Notes: a model not told the origin generated them from the letters alone. 64,000 nt of DNA from Zootoca vivipara (GCF_963506605.1 NC_083279.1:33046001-33110000); one strand, 5' to 3'; positions 24,326 through 38,632 are shown, counted from the first letter of the stretch. Translations and numbers: made by a program.

Positions 24326-25919
24326 ATAAAGTATTATTTATCAGCAAGCAATACCTGAAAGCCATGTCATCTCATTCATATTGCTTTTTTAATGGGAGAA
24401 GAAAATGTTCTTCATAGCCAAACCAGGGTGGGGATGGGCAATGCAACCAGGATATCATGAAGAGATAAACGTACCTAATATCATCAGCATCCAGTATGGA
24501 AGCCTTCATAACAGTGGCAATGCCATTTTACACGTGTGTTCTCTGGAGACACACCTCAGCTGAAGATGCCTGAAAGCAGAATGCTGGAGCTTTAACTGGG
24601 CACACCGATCTCAAGGAAAATATGTGGGGGCCCCTAGTGCAAGGTCTCAGCATACAGCAGGCTTCTACTCATGTGTAAGAATTGCCTCCAGACAAAGTGG
24701 GCCATTTGTTTCACCTTTTAAGACTACTGGTGGTAATGATGATGGTGGTGATGATGATGATGATAATTTATCACCTTTTCCCCTCACAGGACTCAAGGCA
24801 ACTCACAGATAACAAGAACTGTGCTAAAAAGACATATGAATTCATTTGTTATATGTGATCAAATGAAAAAGTAAAAACATTGGGGGCTCGTAATGTTTGT
24901 GGTTTTATTGGCAAGACTGGGCAATACGTATTGTCTCCTCTACAAAAGAAAGCACATGCTTTGCAGTGTCAGTTCCACAGTCATAACTGAAAACACAGAG
25001 AGACACCTGGCTGTATTTCCCTAAATTGCATGAGAACTCTGGAGGAAGTTACCGTAAGTAGCAAACCTTGGGTAAACTTTGCAGTTGTGTCATTGATATT
25101 ACCACAATGCAACACTGGCCACGCTTTGTCCCTTGCAGAACATGAACTCATGATAAAATGCTGCTGAACTGGTTTGGTAGTGGATTGGACCACACATATT
25201 AAGTTGCCAAGTTACCGTACTTACTTTTTTAAAATGTAGTTATGCAGACAAAAATTGTCTGATATGTACTGGTCTTTTGAGCACAAGTTGTCCATCAGTA
25301 TGAAACATTGCAAGAGAAGAGCAGGGATAATACAGGTCAGAGCTATGCAAGCTTTCTTATGCCAACAAGCAATATTCAGTTCCATGGCAAATGATCCAAA
25401 GTCCACCGGTTATTAAAATTATAAATACGTTGCAAAACTAAGCAGAGTTCAAAGCTACAATCCCATGCATGAAGTAAGCAAATGAAAGTCCCACTGTCTT
25501 TAATGAAGTTGCTGCACATAATTATGGGCTGGGCTGCAGCTTAATTCAAAGCAACGTATAAATGAATATCACAGAGAACATTTCATCTGTGGAAGAATTG
25601 AATGAATACCACTTCAAACTCATATTAAACATGCTATTTCACTTGGAGCAACAGGAAGGAGAACCTGAGTAACAGGCAACAGAGCTCAAAACTCCAATTT
25701 AATTCAGGCACTTTAGATTGACAAGTCATTGCAGAAAGAGAAATACTAAAAATAAATGTGGTTAAGAAAGATCATTTGAAGTTCAGCAGTTTAGCATTAT
25801 GTAGTTTACCAGCATACAACACAATCTAACTTATTTTTTTTTTTTATTTACTGAATTTATCTCCTGCCCTGCAAAAGGCAAGAATCAAGAAAAATACAGA
25901 TGTCATTGTTCCTCTAGAG

Positions 25920-26056
25920 CAGGAGTGGAGACTTTTGGTCCTCCAGATGTTGCTGAACTACAATTCACATCAGCCCTAGCAAGCGTCACCAGTAGCCAGG
26001 GATTATAGAAACTGTAATTCAGCAACATCTGGAGAACTAAAGGTTCCCCATGTCCC
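25920..26056. mobile_element. Palindromic hAT-type MITE
   Basis: ctccagatgttgctgaactacaatt...aattcagcaacatctggag fold-back; TSD ctctagag/ctctacag. Confidence 0.78.
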
Positions 26057-27592
26057 CTCTACAGCCACATTTCTCCTAGCATAAAGTTGGTCTGCAAAGG
26101 AACATATAACTAGTTCCATGTTTCCTTCCAAAACTGTTTTCTCTCTCTTGCCTTTAGCCAAGGGGCAAAACATTCACCCATCCATTCCTTTCTAAATGCA
26201 AGCAGACTTTGTGACCTTTCGCCTACCAAATCTTAACTGACAGAACAGGGGAAGGATGGTCAACACAACCCCTTCGTCAGACATTAGTTTTAAATATTTA
26301 AACAACAATCTTCACACATCTATAGAATTCTTCTGATTTTAGGATCTACTCTGGGATGACTTTGAGGGAAGTAGACCCAACTTGGAGAAGTCATTAGTCC
26401 AAAGTATGGCAATAGCTGCTACCCTAGAAGCCTTTTGAAAATGATGTGGCAAATTTGTGTGGAGCAGGTCTATTGAGACATAAATCAGCCACAGCCATTA
26501 AGCAACAGCACAAATGTTAAAAAGCGATTTCTTGCAGAATGTCAGATCATAGGGATGGAAGGAAGCAATCACCTCCACTGCCCTGCTGGTAACCTTCTTA
26601 AAGGTGCCTGGCTGGCTACTAGAAACACATTGCTCAACCTCATTCCTGGGGTAGATAAGCTGTAACTCATCAGCCCCAGCCTGCAAGGGCAATAGGCTGG
26701 GATAATGGGAGCTGGAAGACTTCTGGAGTGCCACAGCCTTTAGAGATGGATCATCCTTACCCTTACCTTACACATACGTTCAGTCTATAAAGACAGATGC
26801 TTTTAAACAACAACAACAACTGTATTTTTCATGCTATAGAAACATACCCAATTTTACTTGTTTGCTACTAAAAAAAGACTTCTGTGTGAAGAGGCCTTCT
26901 TCCCACTTGTGTGTTTGCTGTGTCTTTCTGCTATTTATAGCTTGTCAGAATGAATAGGTACATTAATATTTGATACTGAGTTGCATTGAAAGTGACTCAA
27001 GAAAAAAAAAATTATGGAGCTATTGTGAACATGTTCCATTCCAGCACCATTCCGTTAAAAGATAACCACACAACTTCTCTACAGTTGACCCGAGGTTTAA
27101 TGAGAATTAGTATATAAGCCAATGACTCTCCTCAAATGCAAGGAATGCTCCACAAACAAGGTCATTGATGGTTAAAAAATATCATGCAAGAGTGGTTCAT
27201 TCTAGGTTGGGGAAACTGAACCCAGTATTACCCATGCTCACAAAGAAAACCAATTGTACATAACAATCCAGCTTTATTTTCTGTGCCAGATATCCACTAA
27301 CACTATTCTTATTTAGGGCATTAGTAGAACTTTGGAACATGAACCATTGAGTTACCATAAAGAAACCAGTGTGAGACTCGGAATAAAAAGGAAGCAACTC
27401 AGTATTGCAAGGTGAAACACATGCTTCAGTTTGTTTCTTAACCTTAAAGCAGAATTTCCATATCTCAACTTTGTTAACTTAATTACTATTAGCTGAAGAA
27501 CATAAGACTTGTTCTATGGTTTGGCTTTAATGTGTTGACCAGCTTACTGAGAGATCTTTAGCTGAAGTGCTGGTGGTGGGGATAAATTATAC

Positions 27593-28130
27593 CAGGTGTT
27601 GGCAACGTTTTCCGGCCATGGGCCGGATCATTCCCATGGACGGTCGATCATCCACAGGCCGCACATGCACCAGGCATGTGCAGAAGCGATTTCTGGCACC
27701 CACGCTGCCCATTTCCAAATGTCCGCAGCACCACAAATCGCTTCTGCGCATGTCCGGAAGCTGAAAAGTCGTGCCTGGACATGCGCAGAAGCAATTTCCG
27801 ATGCCTGCAGTGCCCAATTCCAAAATGTCTGCAGCGCCAGAATTCACTTCTGCGCATGTCCAGACACAATTTTCGGAAGCTGAAAATCGCATCTGGACAC
27901 ACGCAGAAGCAATTTCCAGTGCCACGGTGCCCATGTCCAAAATGTCCACAGCGTCAGAAATCGCTTCTGCAGCTGCGCAGATGCGATTTCTGGCGCCGCT
28001 CGGCGAGTCCCCGCACCGCGCTGCACCGGTTTAGCGCAGCGCGGGGGTCCTGCCAAGCGGGCGTCTTGGTTCACGGGCAGTCCGTGGGCCGGATACGTGG
28101 CCTCCATGGGCCGGACGTTGTCAACCTATG
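27593..28130. mobile_element. hAT (Charlie-like) MITE with internal palindromic array
   Basis: TIR caggtgttggcaacgt / acgttgtcaacctatg; 8-bp TSD aattatac (27585-27592, 28131-28138). Confidence 0.9.
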
Positions 28131-28931
28131 AATTATACAAAAGAAGAACAAAAAAGCAGTCTTAAGATTTTAGCATTGCGACAGCTGTTGAGGAGTAGAG
28201 AGATGATAATGTGTTTATTCACAGTTCTAGAAAGCAACTCCCTATTATTAATGTTGTTTCTATCCCTGCTCAATCCTTTGGATCAGGTTAGGTATTAAAA
28301 TACTTAGTTAACAATAAATTATATAAAACCATTCAACTATTATTTATTCCACTGTTATTTGCCCCGTTTGTTAGTTACAGCCACTGAAAACAGGATGGTG
28401 TGTTTGTGTGTTGTTTAAAGTCTCAAGCTCACATGCTCACATGCTCAAGCTCACATGCTTCTCACAATTCCCATTCCAGAGGGCATTTTCAAGAGTGAGC
28501 ACAGGGCAACCTAAGCAATGCTAGGAGGTAACTGTGACAAAAAAGAAAACAATTCAACAAAAGGCAACAAGAGTTTTATTGAAACTAAACACACAAGACT
28601 ATGATAGTTTGTATCAGTGAATCTGTGACAAGGGACAATAAAGAGAGGTAAAAATAAATAAAATTCAATCTCAGGACATAAGGGAGTAAGGAAATGATGC
28701 AACTGTGTATCACAAACATAAAACAGAGGATGAGGCTATAAATATGCTAGCTTCCTGCTGAAGAAAAGTTACATTTCCATAGCATTGGAGCCTTTTGAAC
28801 TTGCAACACAACTAGTCCCCCCCCCCTCATAAAAGCCCAGCCTCCCTCTGAGGCTGCATTTCTATATCCATTTAACTGAGGGTAACCCTCATGGAAATCA
28901 ATGTGACTAACTTCTGAATAAACATGTATAG

Positions 28932-29170
28932 CAGAGCTTTCCAAACTTTTCCATATTGCTGACACACTTTTTGGACATGCATCATTTCACGACACAGTAA
29001 TTCAGTTTTGCATCATTTTGCGACATAGTAATTCAGTTTTACTATCAAACCAGAGGTTAAACTAATCCCTTTCGAGCCATGGAAGAAGCGCGGGGATTGT
29101 TTGCATGAAACAACTACTGTACACACTGCAGCTGAAACTAATGTGTCGCGACACAGTTTGGAAAGCTCTT
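28932..29170. mobile_element. hAT MITE
   Basis: TIR cagagctttccaaact; TSD atgtatag/atgtacag. Confidence 0.85.
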
Positions 29171-31245
29171 ATGTACAGTATAGGATTCTGCTGCGAGTGT
29201 CCTTTCCGATACCTCTTCTCTTTTACTAGAACATGCCCTGCAACATAGCATAAAATTTCACTTATGAAAATAAAGATGTGGCAATTTAATAGTTTTTTAA
29301 AAGGCTGAAAACCAGGCTTGAACTCTGATAAATATATCAGAAAAGGAACATTCTGAGAATTATCTGGTAATATCCTTTTTTGGAACGCAATACATACACA
29401 CCCCGCAAAAAAAAGAAACCCAAATATGTTAAAGGATGTTCCAGCAGAATAGTCCTCCTGATTTCTCCACGAGTATGTTTTAGATGTGTGCAGTGACTAC
29501 AAGATTCACCTTATATCTGCAAGCTCCTCTGCCATTCAAGCTTTGGGAGTTTCCCTGGTCAGCTTGGTTTCATTTTTCAGAAAATGTGGGGGGATGTGGC
29601 AACTTTGGGGGGGGGGAACTATTCAAAAGGTTTGGGACTCCAGGGTCCATCTCAACATTCCATGTTAGCAGCACAATCCAACATGGGAATATGTGCATTT
29701 GCCCCCAAATCACTGCATTTTGCCTTGATATTTAGGATATGCACAGAGCTGGTACAATCTCCTAGCAGGTAGGATGGGGAATTCTGAGTACAACTGTATA
29801 TCCAGCCCAATATAGTTTACTATTTGTTGAAGGAAAACAATGGATTTAATGCAGCAGTGTCAGCTTGGCCCTGCGACCATGGCCCTGGCACTGAAATTTG
29901 TGGGTGCCTGGCCCCTTCATGGGGAATTTTGTGGGTGCTTGGGCACTTATGGTTTGATGCTACTCCTTCATGTCTTCCTCTTACAACATGGAGTCCTTCA
30001 TCTATCGATATAAACAACAGTGTTTCATTGAACATTAAGTGGGTGGGGGGAGGTTATTGCAGGATGCCTTTTCTGTGCCTTTTTTTTTCCCTATGCAAAC
30101 TGTTGGAGAATTCAACCTCCTAATCCTAGAGAATATTCAGCAAAAATGGCCCCTCTAAATTTTGTCATCCACAAATAGCATGGATAATTTAGGAATGCTT
30201 TTCACTGTCCTAAGAAAAAGCCATAACATTACAGATCTGTGACCACTGCACCCATAAGGTATCATTCAGGAGTCCATAATGTAAATATCCTCCAGCACAA
30301 TTTCACTTAGATGAAGGATCTTTGAACAGAAAATCAAAGGTTTGGTCAATGCCCTTAAGCAATCTGCTCCCTGAGCAACTATACAAGGCCCTTTTTAACA
30401 AGGGAAGAGCAAGAAAAAGCAGATAAGAAGTCTATGACAGTTCAGGGATAATATCACAAAGAGATTTGAAAACATAGTCAGGCAGCAAACTCTAAAAGCA
30501 GAGCAGTACTTCACTTCATCAAAAAAAGTGGAAGCATGTAGAGAAAGGTGCATTTCAGACCAGAGACTGCAGGACCACTGAGGGAAAAGAGGACTTAGCA
30601 ACACTTAAGGCCCATTGAATCAATGGACCTCTTATCTTATAGGCATAAAAACTAGCCGGCTGAAGTCTACAATTACAATACATGCATGTAAACAGTAACA
30701 TTATTTATTACTATTATTATTTATTAAATTTCTATATTGCCCTTCATCCAAGGATCACAGGACAGTTTACAAAATAGAAAGTCAAAAATATATACCATAG
30801 TGACAAACAATAGCAACACAGGGCCACAAACATGGCCACTAGGAGAGACTTCCTTTCCAACATGGCCCAACTCTAAAGATTCTCTCCGTCAAGTCTTTAC
30901 TTTGCTCTAAACTTTAGAAAGGCACAAGCGATAGGAGAGACTAGTGTTGCTTCAGCCAGCATCCAAAAGCTCAGTGCCAGATAAGATCTTACTCACTGCC
31001 AGATGGTTCAGGGTTATCAGTGGAGATGTGGATCTTTTCTTCCACTTCACATGCCTGGCATAGGAAAAGGTAAGCACCAGTCAGCCTCTTGCTGTTTTTG
31101 CCCTCCTTCAATGCCTGCTACAAAGCAAGACATAAAAGAGCTCTTCCCCTGAGAAGAGGGACTTTGCAGAAGTCAGAAACAACTAGCTACATAGCATAGC
31201 CAAAATTTGTGGACCAATCTATAGCCAAATTTGCACTTTCAAGAT

Positions 31246-31508
31246 CAGGGTAGCCAACACGGTGGCCTCCACGTGTTTTGGATTGTAACTTCTATCCGGT
31301 CCAGCCAGCATGGCAAGTGGTTAGGCATTAGAGTTGTAGTCCACAATATTGGCTCAGTATCGGTTGTAGTCCACAATATTCCTCAAACTTGGGTCCCCAT
31401 ATGTTGTTGGACTACAGCCCACATCCTGACCATTGATCCTCCAAGCTAGGGATGATGGGACTTGTAGTCCGACAACAAATGTGGACCCACAGTTGAGAAA
31501 GACTGCTC
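31246..31508. mobile_element. Two adjacent degraded palindromic MITEs
   Basis: Two ggactaca...tgtagtcc fold-back cores related to 313-443. Confidence 0.6.
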
Positions 31509-31543
31509 AAGGTTGTACCACCTATCAGAGCATGTTTAAACTT

Positions 31544-31764
31544 CAACATACAGTAGTTCTTAGAGCCTTGGACTAGGATCAGGCAGACCCAGGTTCAACT
31601 CCCCATTCAGATATATCATGTACTGGGTGAAATTGGACCAGTAATTCTCTCTCAACCTAACCTACTACACAGGTCTGTGAAGACAAAGAATGATAAAAGC
31701 AGAACCATGTATTCTGCCCTGAGCTCTATGAGGGAAGGGTGGGATAGAAATGTAATTAATAATA
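31544..31764 (+). mobile_element. tRNA-derived CORE-type SINE (Squam3/MIR-like)
   Basis: Homologous to 21989-22210; AT-rich tail. Confidence 0.75.
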
Positions 31765-32001
31765 CAGTTGTACCTTGGTTTTCAAATGTCTTGGTACTCA
31801 TAGGTTTGGGCTCCCGAATGCCAAAAACCTGGAAGCGTTCCAGTTTTTGAACTTTTTTTGGAAGCCGAATGTCCGATGCAGCTTCCATTTGAGTGCAGGA
31901 AACTCCTGCAGCCAATCAGAAAGCGTGCCTTGGTTTTTGAATGTTTCGGAAATCAAATGGACTTCCAGAACAGATTCTGTTCGAGAACCAAGGTACAACT
32001 C
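31765..32001. mobile_element. Tigger/pogo-like MITE inserted in the SINE tail
   Basis: TIR cagttgtaccttggtt / aaccaaggtacaactc; TA on both sides. Confidence 0.87.
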
Positions 32002-32049
32002 TATTCTAGTGTAACGCAGTGCACCTTGAAAGCAGTTGTGTTGGAAATA

Positions 32050-32344
32050 CAGTCATACCTTGGTTTAAGTACGCTTATGTTTGAGTACTTTCAGTTTAAG
32101 TACTTTCAATGGGAAAGTTCGTTTCAGGTTAAGTACGCTTCAGGTTAAGTACGGACTTCCGGAACCAATTACACTCATACTTCGGGTTAAGTACGCTTCA
32201 GTTTGAGTACTCCGTGGACCCGTCTGGAACAGATTAATCCACTTTCCATTACTTTCAATGGGAAAGTCTGCTTCAGGCTAAATACGCTTCAGGTTGAGTA
32301 CAGACTTTCGGAACCAATTGTGTACTTAAACCGAGGTACCACTG
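32050..32344. mobile_element. Tigger/pogo-like MITE with internal duplication
   Basis: TIR cagtcataccttggtttaagtac / gtacttaaaccgaggtaccactg; TA TSD; tactttcaatgggaaagt...ggaaccaatt block present twice. Confidence 0.87.
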
Positions 32345-34076
32345 TATATGGGTAAAACAAGACATAAGGATTCATTGCCTTTGCCTGAACCTTAGAAAAA
32401 GACTTTTTTGCAGTATGCTGTTGCGGAATTGAAAAGTCTCTGTCTTTATTCTATAGCTGAAACAATCACCCAATTCACTATTTTTATAATTCCTTGTTTA
32501 AGGATTGTATCAGCCAATTTTCTATTTCCTAACTATTCACAGGGATTCCTGAATGACAATAGGATCTTTATTTTGGAAGATTAAAGCATACATAATTGGG
32601 CTGGTTCAATCCCGCTTAAATCCATGGGGTTTAAACAACTTGTCCACAGGATTGTAGCCATTGTTTCTTTATATTGGCTGAACCTATAATGTATGCGAGT
32701 CAACACCATAACATCTTTTGGTTATGTCACAAATTTACAGTGCAATCCAGGGTATGTTTGTTCGTAGTTAAGTTCCACTTTGTTCAAGAGAGTTTATTGC
32801 CAGATAAGTGTGCCATGTTTTTCATAGGGGAATCATGCAAATAACCCTAGTAAGTGATCCTACTTATTCTGCAAGTTCTGACTGCCAATAAAAGCCATGT
32901 GTTTGAGGCATAGCTAGCAAAATTTGTTTCCAGTCCAGATGTTACACCCACTAAAAAGAACCATAAATAATGACAATATTTGAAGAGATAAATCCCAAAC
33001 TTCAGAAAAAACACTGCTACTTAAGATTATGTGTATGTGTATGTGTTCAATTAATCCAAGAGTATGCCTCCTCCACCCTCAATTCTCTTGTGCAGTCACA
33101 AATACTGTTTTATCAAATGAATGTGAGAACTTGCTCCAAGCATCAAAATGAATGCAGATATGTAGTTATGCTTGCATTTAGTGTAACACATGTCAGAATT
33201 CAAATTTCTGACTAGCTATGTAGGAGTGATGTTACCTTTGCTGCACACAAAGCTACTTTATATAAATTCCCTTTGGTATCGATTGGAGGACACCCAAGTG
33301 CTCAGAGAATTAAAGATCAAATCTACACTTTAAGATGACAGTTTCCTAGTTGAAATGTTCAGTAAATGGATAGAGCACAACACATTTTCTCAGCATATCC
33401 ATCCCACTCATGTGAGATAACACTCTGCAGGATAATAAAACTGATGATTTAAGGGAAAACTTTGGTGAAATAAAAATGAAAACCTAAGACATAGGTGTGA
33501 ACATGATTATCTTTAAAAACATGAAGAAGCAAGTCAAATTAAGTAATAATTCCATCTTTTTCTTCCAGCAAAAAAAAAAAAAAGCATTCAGGAGAATTTC
33601 AAAAGCTTGTTTGGAAAACGCTCATTTTGCCCCATCAAAAAAATATGTGTTATTCTGCCTTTGTCATGTTTCCATTTGTTATGTGCAGTCAGTGTCTGCC
33701 TGAGTATGTTTAACTGCATCTTTAAAAGTGTCAAGTAGTCCTCCATATCTTGAAAAAAATATTTGGATGCAAAAACAAAATCCTAGGATTCTAAACAAGG
33801 CACGCGCCAACTCATGAGCCAATAATCACATTACACATATGAAATGGGTCCACACACTGAAAGTCATCCTGCTGGTCCAACCTTGAATGCCACAAAGCTT
33901 CCTAGTTCTCACTCTTTATGTTTGCTCATGGGCATCTAAGCAAGCTGACCATGCAAGGGGTTCCATTGCTTAGATACCAATTCTAATGTGTGAATGTCAT
34001 GTAGCAGAGCCTTTATTTATTTATTCCTACCCCACAGAATTTGAAATTCACTAGGCGCAATTTATACCTGTAGTGT

Positions 34077-34408
34077 AAGGCCGGCGGTTTGAATCCCCGT
34101 GATGGGGTGAGCTCCTGTTGCTCGGTCCCAGCTCCTGCCAACCTAGCAGTTCGAAAGCACGTCAAAGTGCAAGTAGATAAATAGATAAAGTGCAAGTAGA
34201 TAAATAGGTACTGCTCCGGCGGAAAGGTAAGCGGCATTTCCGTGCGCTGCTCTGGTTTCGCCAGAAGCACTTAGTCATGCTGGCCACATGACCCAGAAAA
34301 ACTGTCTGCAGACAAACGTCGGCTCCCTCGGCCAGTAAAGCGAGATGAGCGCCACAACCACAGAGTCGACTGGACTTAATTGTCAGGGGTCCTTTACATT
34401 TACCTTTA
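34077..34408 (+). mobile_element. Sauria SINE (lacertid type)
   Basis: B-box ggtttgaatccc, cctagcagttcgaaagc, aaagtgcaagtagataaatag (tandemly duplicated here), gtcatgctggccacatgacc, (ACCTTT)n-type tail. Confidence 0.93.
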
Positions 34409-37400
34409 TTAGCCACTCGTGAACAAGTGAAGATGCCCAGGCACCAGGATGGTACCGGGCATCTCCACCATCTGGAGGTGCATGCATGGGGATCCTTGGA
34501 TCCTGACTGTTTTCACACACTAGCAACACATCCTGGAGAATCCTATCCATTATATTTTATCTCCACAATCAGAATGAATTTCAGGAACCTAAATGTTGTA
34601 TTGAAAATGACTTTCGAACCGTCTGGCCCCAAAATGGCAATGAGGCATTTCGTTTTGGCGACTGTCACCTTAGTTTAAGGAGCCATTTAGCACCTAGCTT
34701 ATATATTTGAGTTTCTAGCACTGCTACCCCAACTTTGTCCATGACAGAACTCAAGGTAGCTTAGCTTACAGATAAAAATAGAGTCATGGAAGTCACAACA
34801 TGTTGATGGTATGTCTGAAGTGAGCTACTGTCGTTATGTATTTCAGCACCGTCAGTAGAAGGTATACACACAATACATGAACAACTGGCGGCAGGAAATA
34901 CAAAGATGGCTTAGCAGCCCATCCAAAGCTCTGCCTGGCTCTACCCACAGGGCAGAAGCAAGGATGGAGGAATGTTCCTATATCCATTCACATATCATAT
35001 GAATAGTATTCATTTTCTCTCCCATTGTTTCCCATGGAAGGAAAGGATTAGAGCCTGTTCAGAAGTGTGTTTAAATCTTCCACCAGTTTGTGGTGTGTTG
35101 TTGGTATGTGTGTTGGTATGTTAGGCATTCTATCATTCAGATCCAAGCCACTTCCTAGCACACACCCCTTTTGACTCTACTGCAATCAATGCCAGTTGGA
35201 CAAGGAGCTGGGACAGATATCAGAACTCCCTCTCCAATGTCAGAGGGAAAGATGCAACCTATCACATGCCCCCCAGGGATGCCCTTAATACAGACGCTCT
35301 TAGTTGACCCAGGGTATCCAATAATGATCCTGCCTCTTGACCCGTTCAACACATATAGTTTACAGCTCCCTCCTAGCTGCCAGAACTTCTTCAGGAGGTT
35401 CACCTTACATGAAAACCATGTGCCTAGCAGGCCAATCAAGCCATGCTATAAATTCATTAATTTGAAGGCAAGACAGTTTATCCACCAGCTGAGACCCAAA
35501 GTGATCAGAACAACACTGGCACATAAAATTAATATAGCTTCCCAAGAGCTGTAGCAGGAAGATTATGGGCTAACTTTGCAGATAAACCCCAAAGTTACTA
35601 GCCGGGAAAGACCCTAGTACCCTGTGTTTCCATTGTGGCTGTGTGCTACTGTCTTACCCTTCTCTATAGACAGAAAGGATACTAGATTCATAGCAAGCTA
35701 TATTCCTGCCCATAGTCTTGTAGAGGGGGAGAGAGATACACCCATTCGCTGCCAGCCTGATTATTCACCTGTATGAATGCCTTGTTTCCTATGGCTACCA
35801 GATGTTACTCTGTCACTAAACAAATGCACATATGTGGGATGGGGTATCTTCAATATGGCTGGCTGTGACACTAAACCTACACCAATTCATTTTACCATAT
35901 CAAAAGACACTATGGACATACTGCAAACTTTTCTCCAAGGGCAGCATTTTTGCACTAGTTTAAGTATTAGCACCAATGCAACGAGATCCCCTCTCCTCCT
36001 TCATGCACCCTAGCCATCCCCAAATCCGCTCCAGAGGATTGGGAGGAAATCCTGAGCAGTTGTGGGGTGGGCTCCAAAGGGTGGGGGGAGGAGAAAAGCA
36101 GAACATTCTGTTGTGCAAGAAGATATCACCTTAGAGCCATACTGAATACAACCCGTGTAACCAGGAACTCTGCCCCTCCCACTCCTATGTACTTTTATAA
36201 ATCTGCACTTATCTGATGGCAGGCTTAAATTGTTGTTAGCCACCCTAAGCGGCGCATAGGCACCAAGAGGTTGGGATCTACTCTATGAAACACACCGAAT
36301 AATGTATGAAAGTGCCTTTTAAGTCGAAACAAATGGCAGCGGTTGTTTATGTCATGTGCCCTCTCTTACGAAGTATTTCACGTCAGATTTCCCCATGTGT
36401 CATATGGCACTGCAATCATATCCTCTCCTCCCCTGTGTCCCTTCTCCTTCCTCTCCCACTGCAGCCAATGCCTGCTAACAAAACCATTTACGCAGATCAG
36501 ATGCAAACATCCCTCAAGAGGGGACATTTGGGGAAGAAAGCCATGTCCAAGTGAAGGACTCCCTTGGTCCTGGTCCTGTTTAAGATTCTACAGATTATCT
36601 GCCATTAAAAAGGAATATACATTCCAGCTCATCACGTGAGCAATACTAAAATGCTTTAGATATCATGAAACCCAAGTAGCTGAACAGAAGAACAAACCCA
36701 CAGTTGCAAGCCATGTTTAATATTAACAGGAGCTTGGATGGAATTTGCAAGCGAACTGTAGGAAGAGTGCACAGTATAAGCATAAAGTATAAGCATAAAG
36801 AGCTGTAAACATACATCAACTTACATAATTACTTCACACACAACACTTGTGAAAGCAAGCATCAAAGTTACTTGCAACATAAGGTTATGACTGATGCACT
36901 GCTTAAACAGCATATTATTCAGTTAAACAGGCTGAACGCTCAATGATGTCGCCAGGACTCAGAACAATTTACATGCAAATATTTTTGTTCAAAGGGTTTG
37001 TGGATTGCAAACTCAAGAGTAGTTTCTGGGATAAACAGGACCACACACTGTTTACAAACCAGTTCAGCTTTTTGCCACCAAACAGATTTGGGCAAAATCC
37101 AGACTACTGGCGAATAAACAGAGACCAAACAGCAGACTTCTCCACATTGGGTTTGACAGTTCTCAAGCACAGCTGGGCACCTGCCTGCTTCTCAACTGCC
37201 ATCTGCAAAAAGCTTGTTCTGTTTCTCTCTGATAAAAAGTACTGGCGAAGCTTTCCGGATACGAAAACAGGAAGGAAGACACCAAACCCTGATCATGTTA
37301 AGAAGTGAGCCTAGACGCCAAAGAAACAAACTGTTTCCTGGGCATGAGGTGCGCCCATCCATGCTTGTGGAGATGGCACAGTGTTAGCAGATGGCAGCAT

Positions 37401-37737
37401 CCACTGGGGCTCTGCCCTGGGGAAGAAAAGCGGTAGCAACAGCTTTCCGGTTGCCTTGACTCTCAGAGAGAAGGATCTCCAAAAGGAGAGACACCGCAGG
37501 GTTGTATTTCACTACCTGATCTAGGGAGCGCACAGAGGTATGGCATTTGTGAGCACAGAGAGGTGACCAGAATTATGTATGGCGAGGGCACTAAAAAGGA
37601 GGGGGGTGTCCCTTGCCAGTCAGAGACGCCTCTTAAACCTGGTGGGTGGTCATGGGGGGGGGGCGGCGGCTACAGACGAGCACGTTCTATTCCCCCCATC
37701 CTTTGTTTTTGATTGGCTGGCGCCCAGCCTCACTCAC

Positions 37738-37924
37738 CGACAGTGGCTAAGGTCTCCAGATCCTCCAGTCGATAAGCGGGCGAGTCCGGCGCCGGGTGCG
37801 CCGGAGAGCCTCGACCGGCAGGACTCGAGGACGGCGCGGGTTGGGGCTCGCCGGTGCCGCCCGCCTCGCAGCCGCCGGGGCTCCTGGCCCCTACTTTCGC
37901 CCTCACGGCGCTCAGCGTCTCCAT
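37738..37924 (-). CDS. PRKX: PRKX coding exon 1 (N-terminal extension up to the start of the kinase domain)
   Basis: Translates METLSAVRAK...SPAYRLEDLETLATV-G, matching the PRKX pattern xYxLxDxxTLATVG. Ends at donor G|gtgagt (+ strand actcac 37732-37737), phase 1, 187 nt. Lies in a CpG island and joins in frame to exon 2. Confidence 0.93.
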
Positions 37925-38140
37925 GGGGCGGCGAGGGGAGGGAGGAAGAAAAGGCGCGCCCTGTCAAGGCAAAAGGGCGAAGTTTGGGGCGCCGGCGCCG
38001 GCCCGGCCTCCTTCCCTCTTCAGCAGCTGCCGCTGCCCCGAGCCCGGCCCGGGTGTCGGAGGAGCCTCTCGGCAGCTGCAAAGCGGCGGCTGGCGCCCCG
38101 CATCGCGCCCGGGCGCAGCTTCTTGGTTGGCTTGCCTGGT

Positions 38141-38153
38141 TGTGTGTGTGTGT

Positions 38154-38185
<32 letters not shown>
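38141..38185. repeat. (TG)n microsatellite in the PRKX leader/promoter region
   Basis: Directly visible; one TA interruption. Confidence 0.97.
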
Positions 38186-38630
38186 TGTGCTCGCGCGCTC
38201 GCTCGCCTCGCTCTCTGGAGACCGGTTGTGCGCCTTCGCTCCTCGCTCGCTTCCCGCCGGCACCTCGGCGCAGACAATGGGCTTGCCCGAGTCTCGCTCT
38301 CTGCCTCACTCACTCGCCCGCCAGCCAGCCAGCCGGTCGGTCGGTCGCACGCGGGGATGAGAGGGCGGGGCTTGGCTTCCTGCAGCTGCGGCAAGAGCCG
38401 GAGAGAGGGCGGGGCGCGCGGGCGAGGCGAGAGAGAAAAGCGGGAGGAGGAGCAACAAGCGACCGGCTGCTGGAGCGAGCGAGCTGCTGCTTGGAATTTA
38501 CAACGAAAACACGCCACAACGCTGTTGACTGCCTTTTGCACATGGCTCTTGTAGCTGCTGACGCGGTCTCCCCCTGCCCCCCCCCTTTTAAAATAATCCT
38601 GTCAGAAGCTGAAGGACGAGGGGTGTGCCC

Positions 38631-38632
<2 letters not shown>

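Larger units (their letters stand above)
2462..37737 (-). other. PRKX: PRKX intron 1 (35,276 bp)
   Basis: GT-AG ends between the two phase-compatible exons; no further kinase-like sequence recognised inside. Confidence 0.88.
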
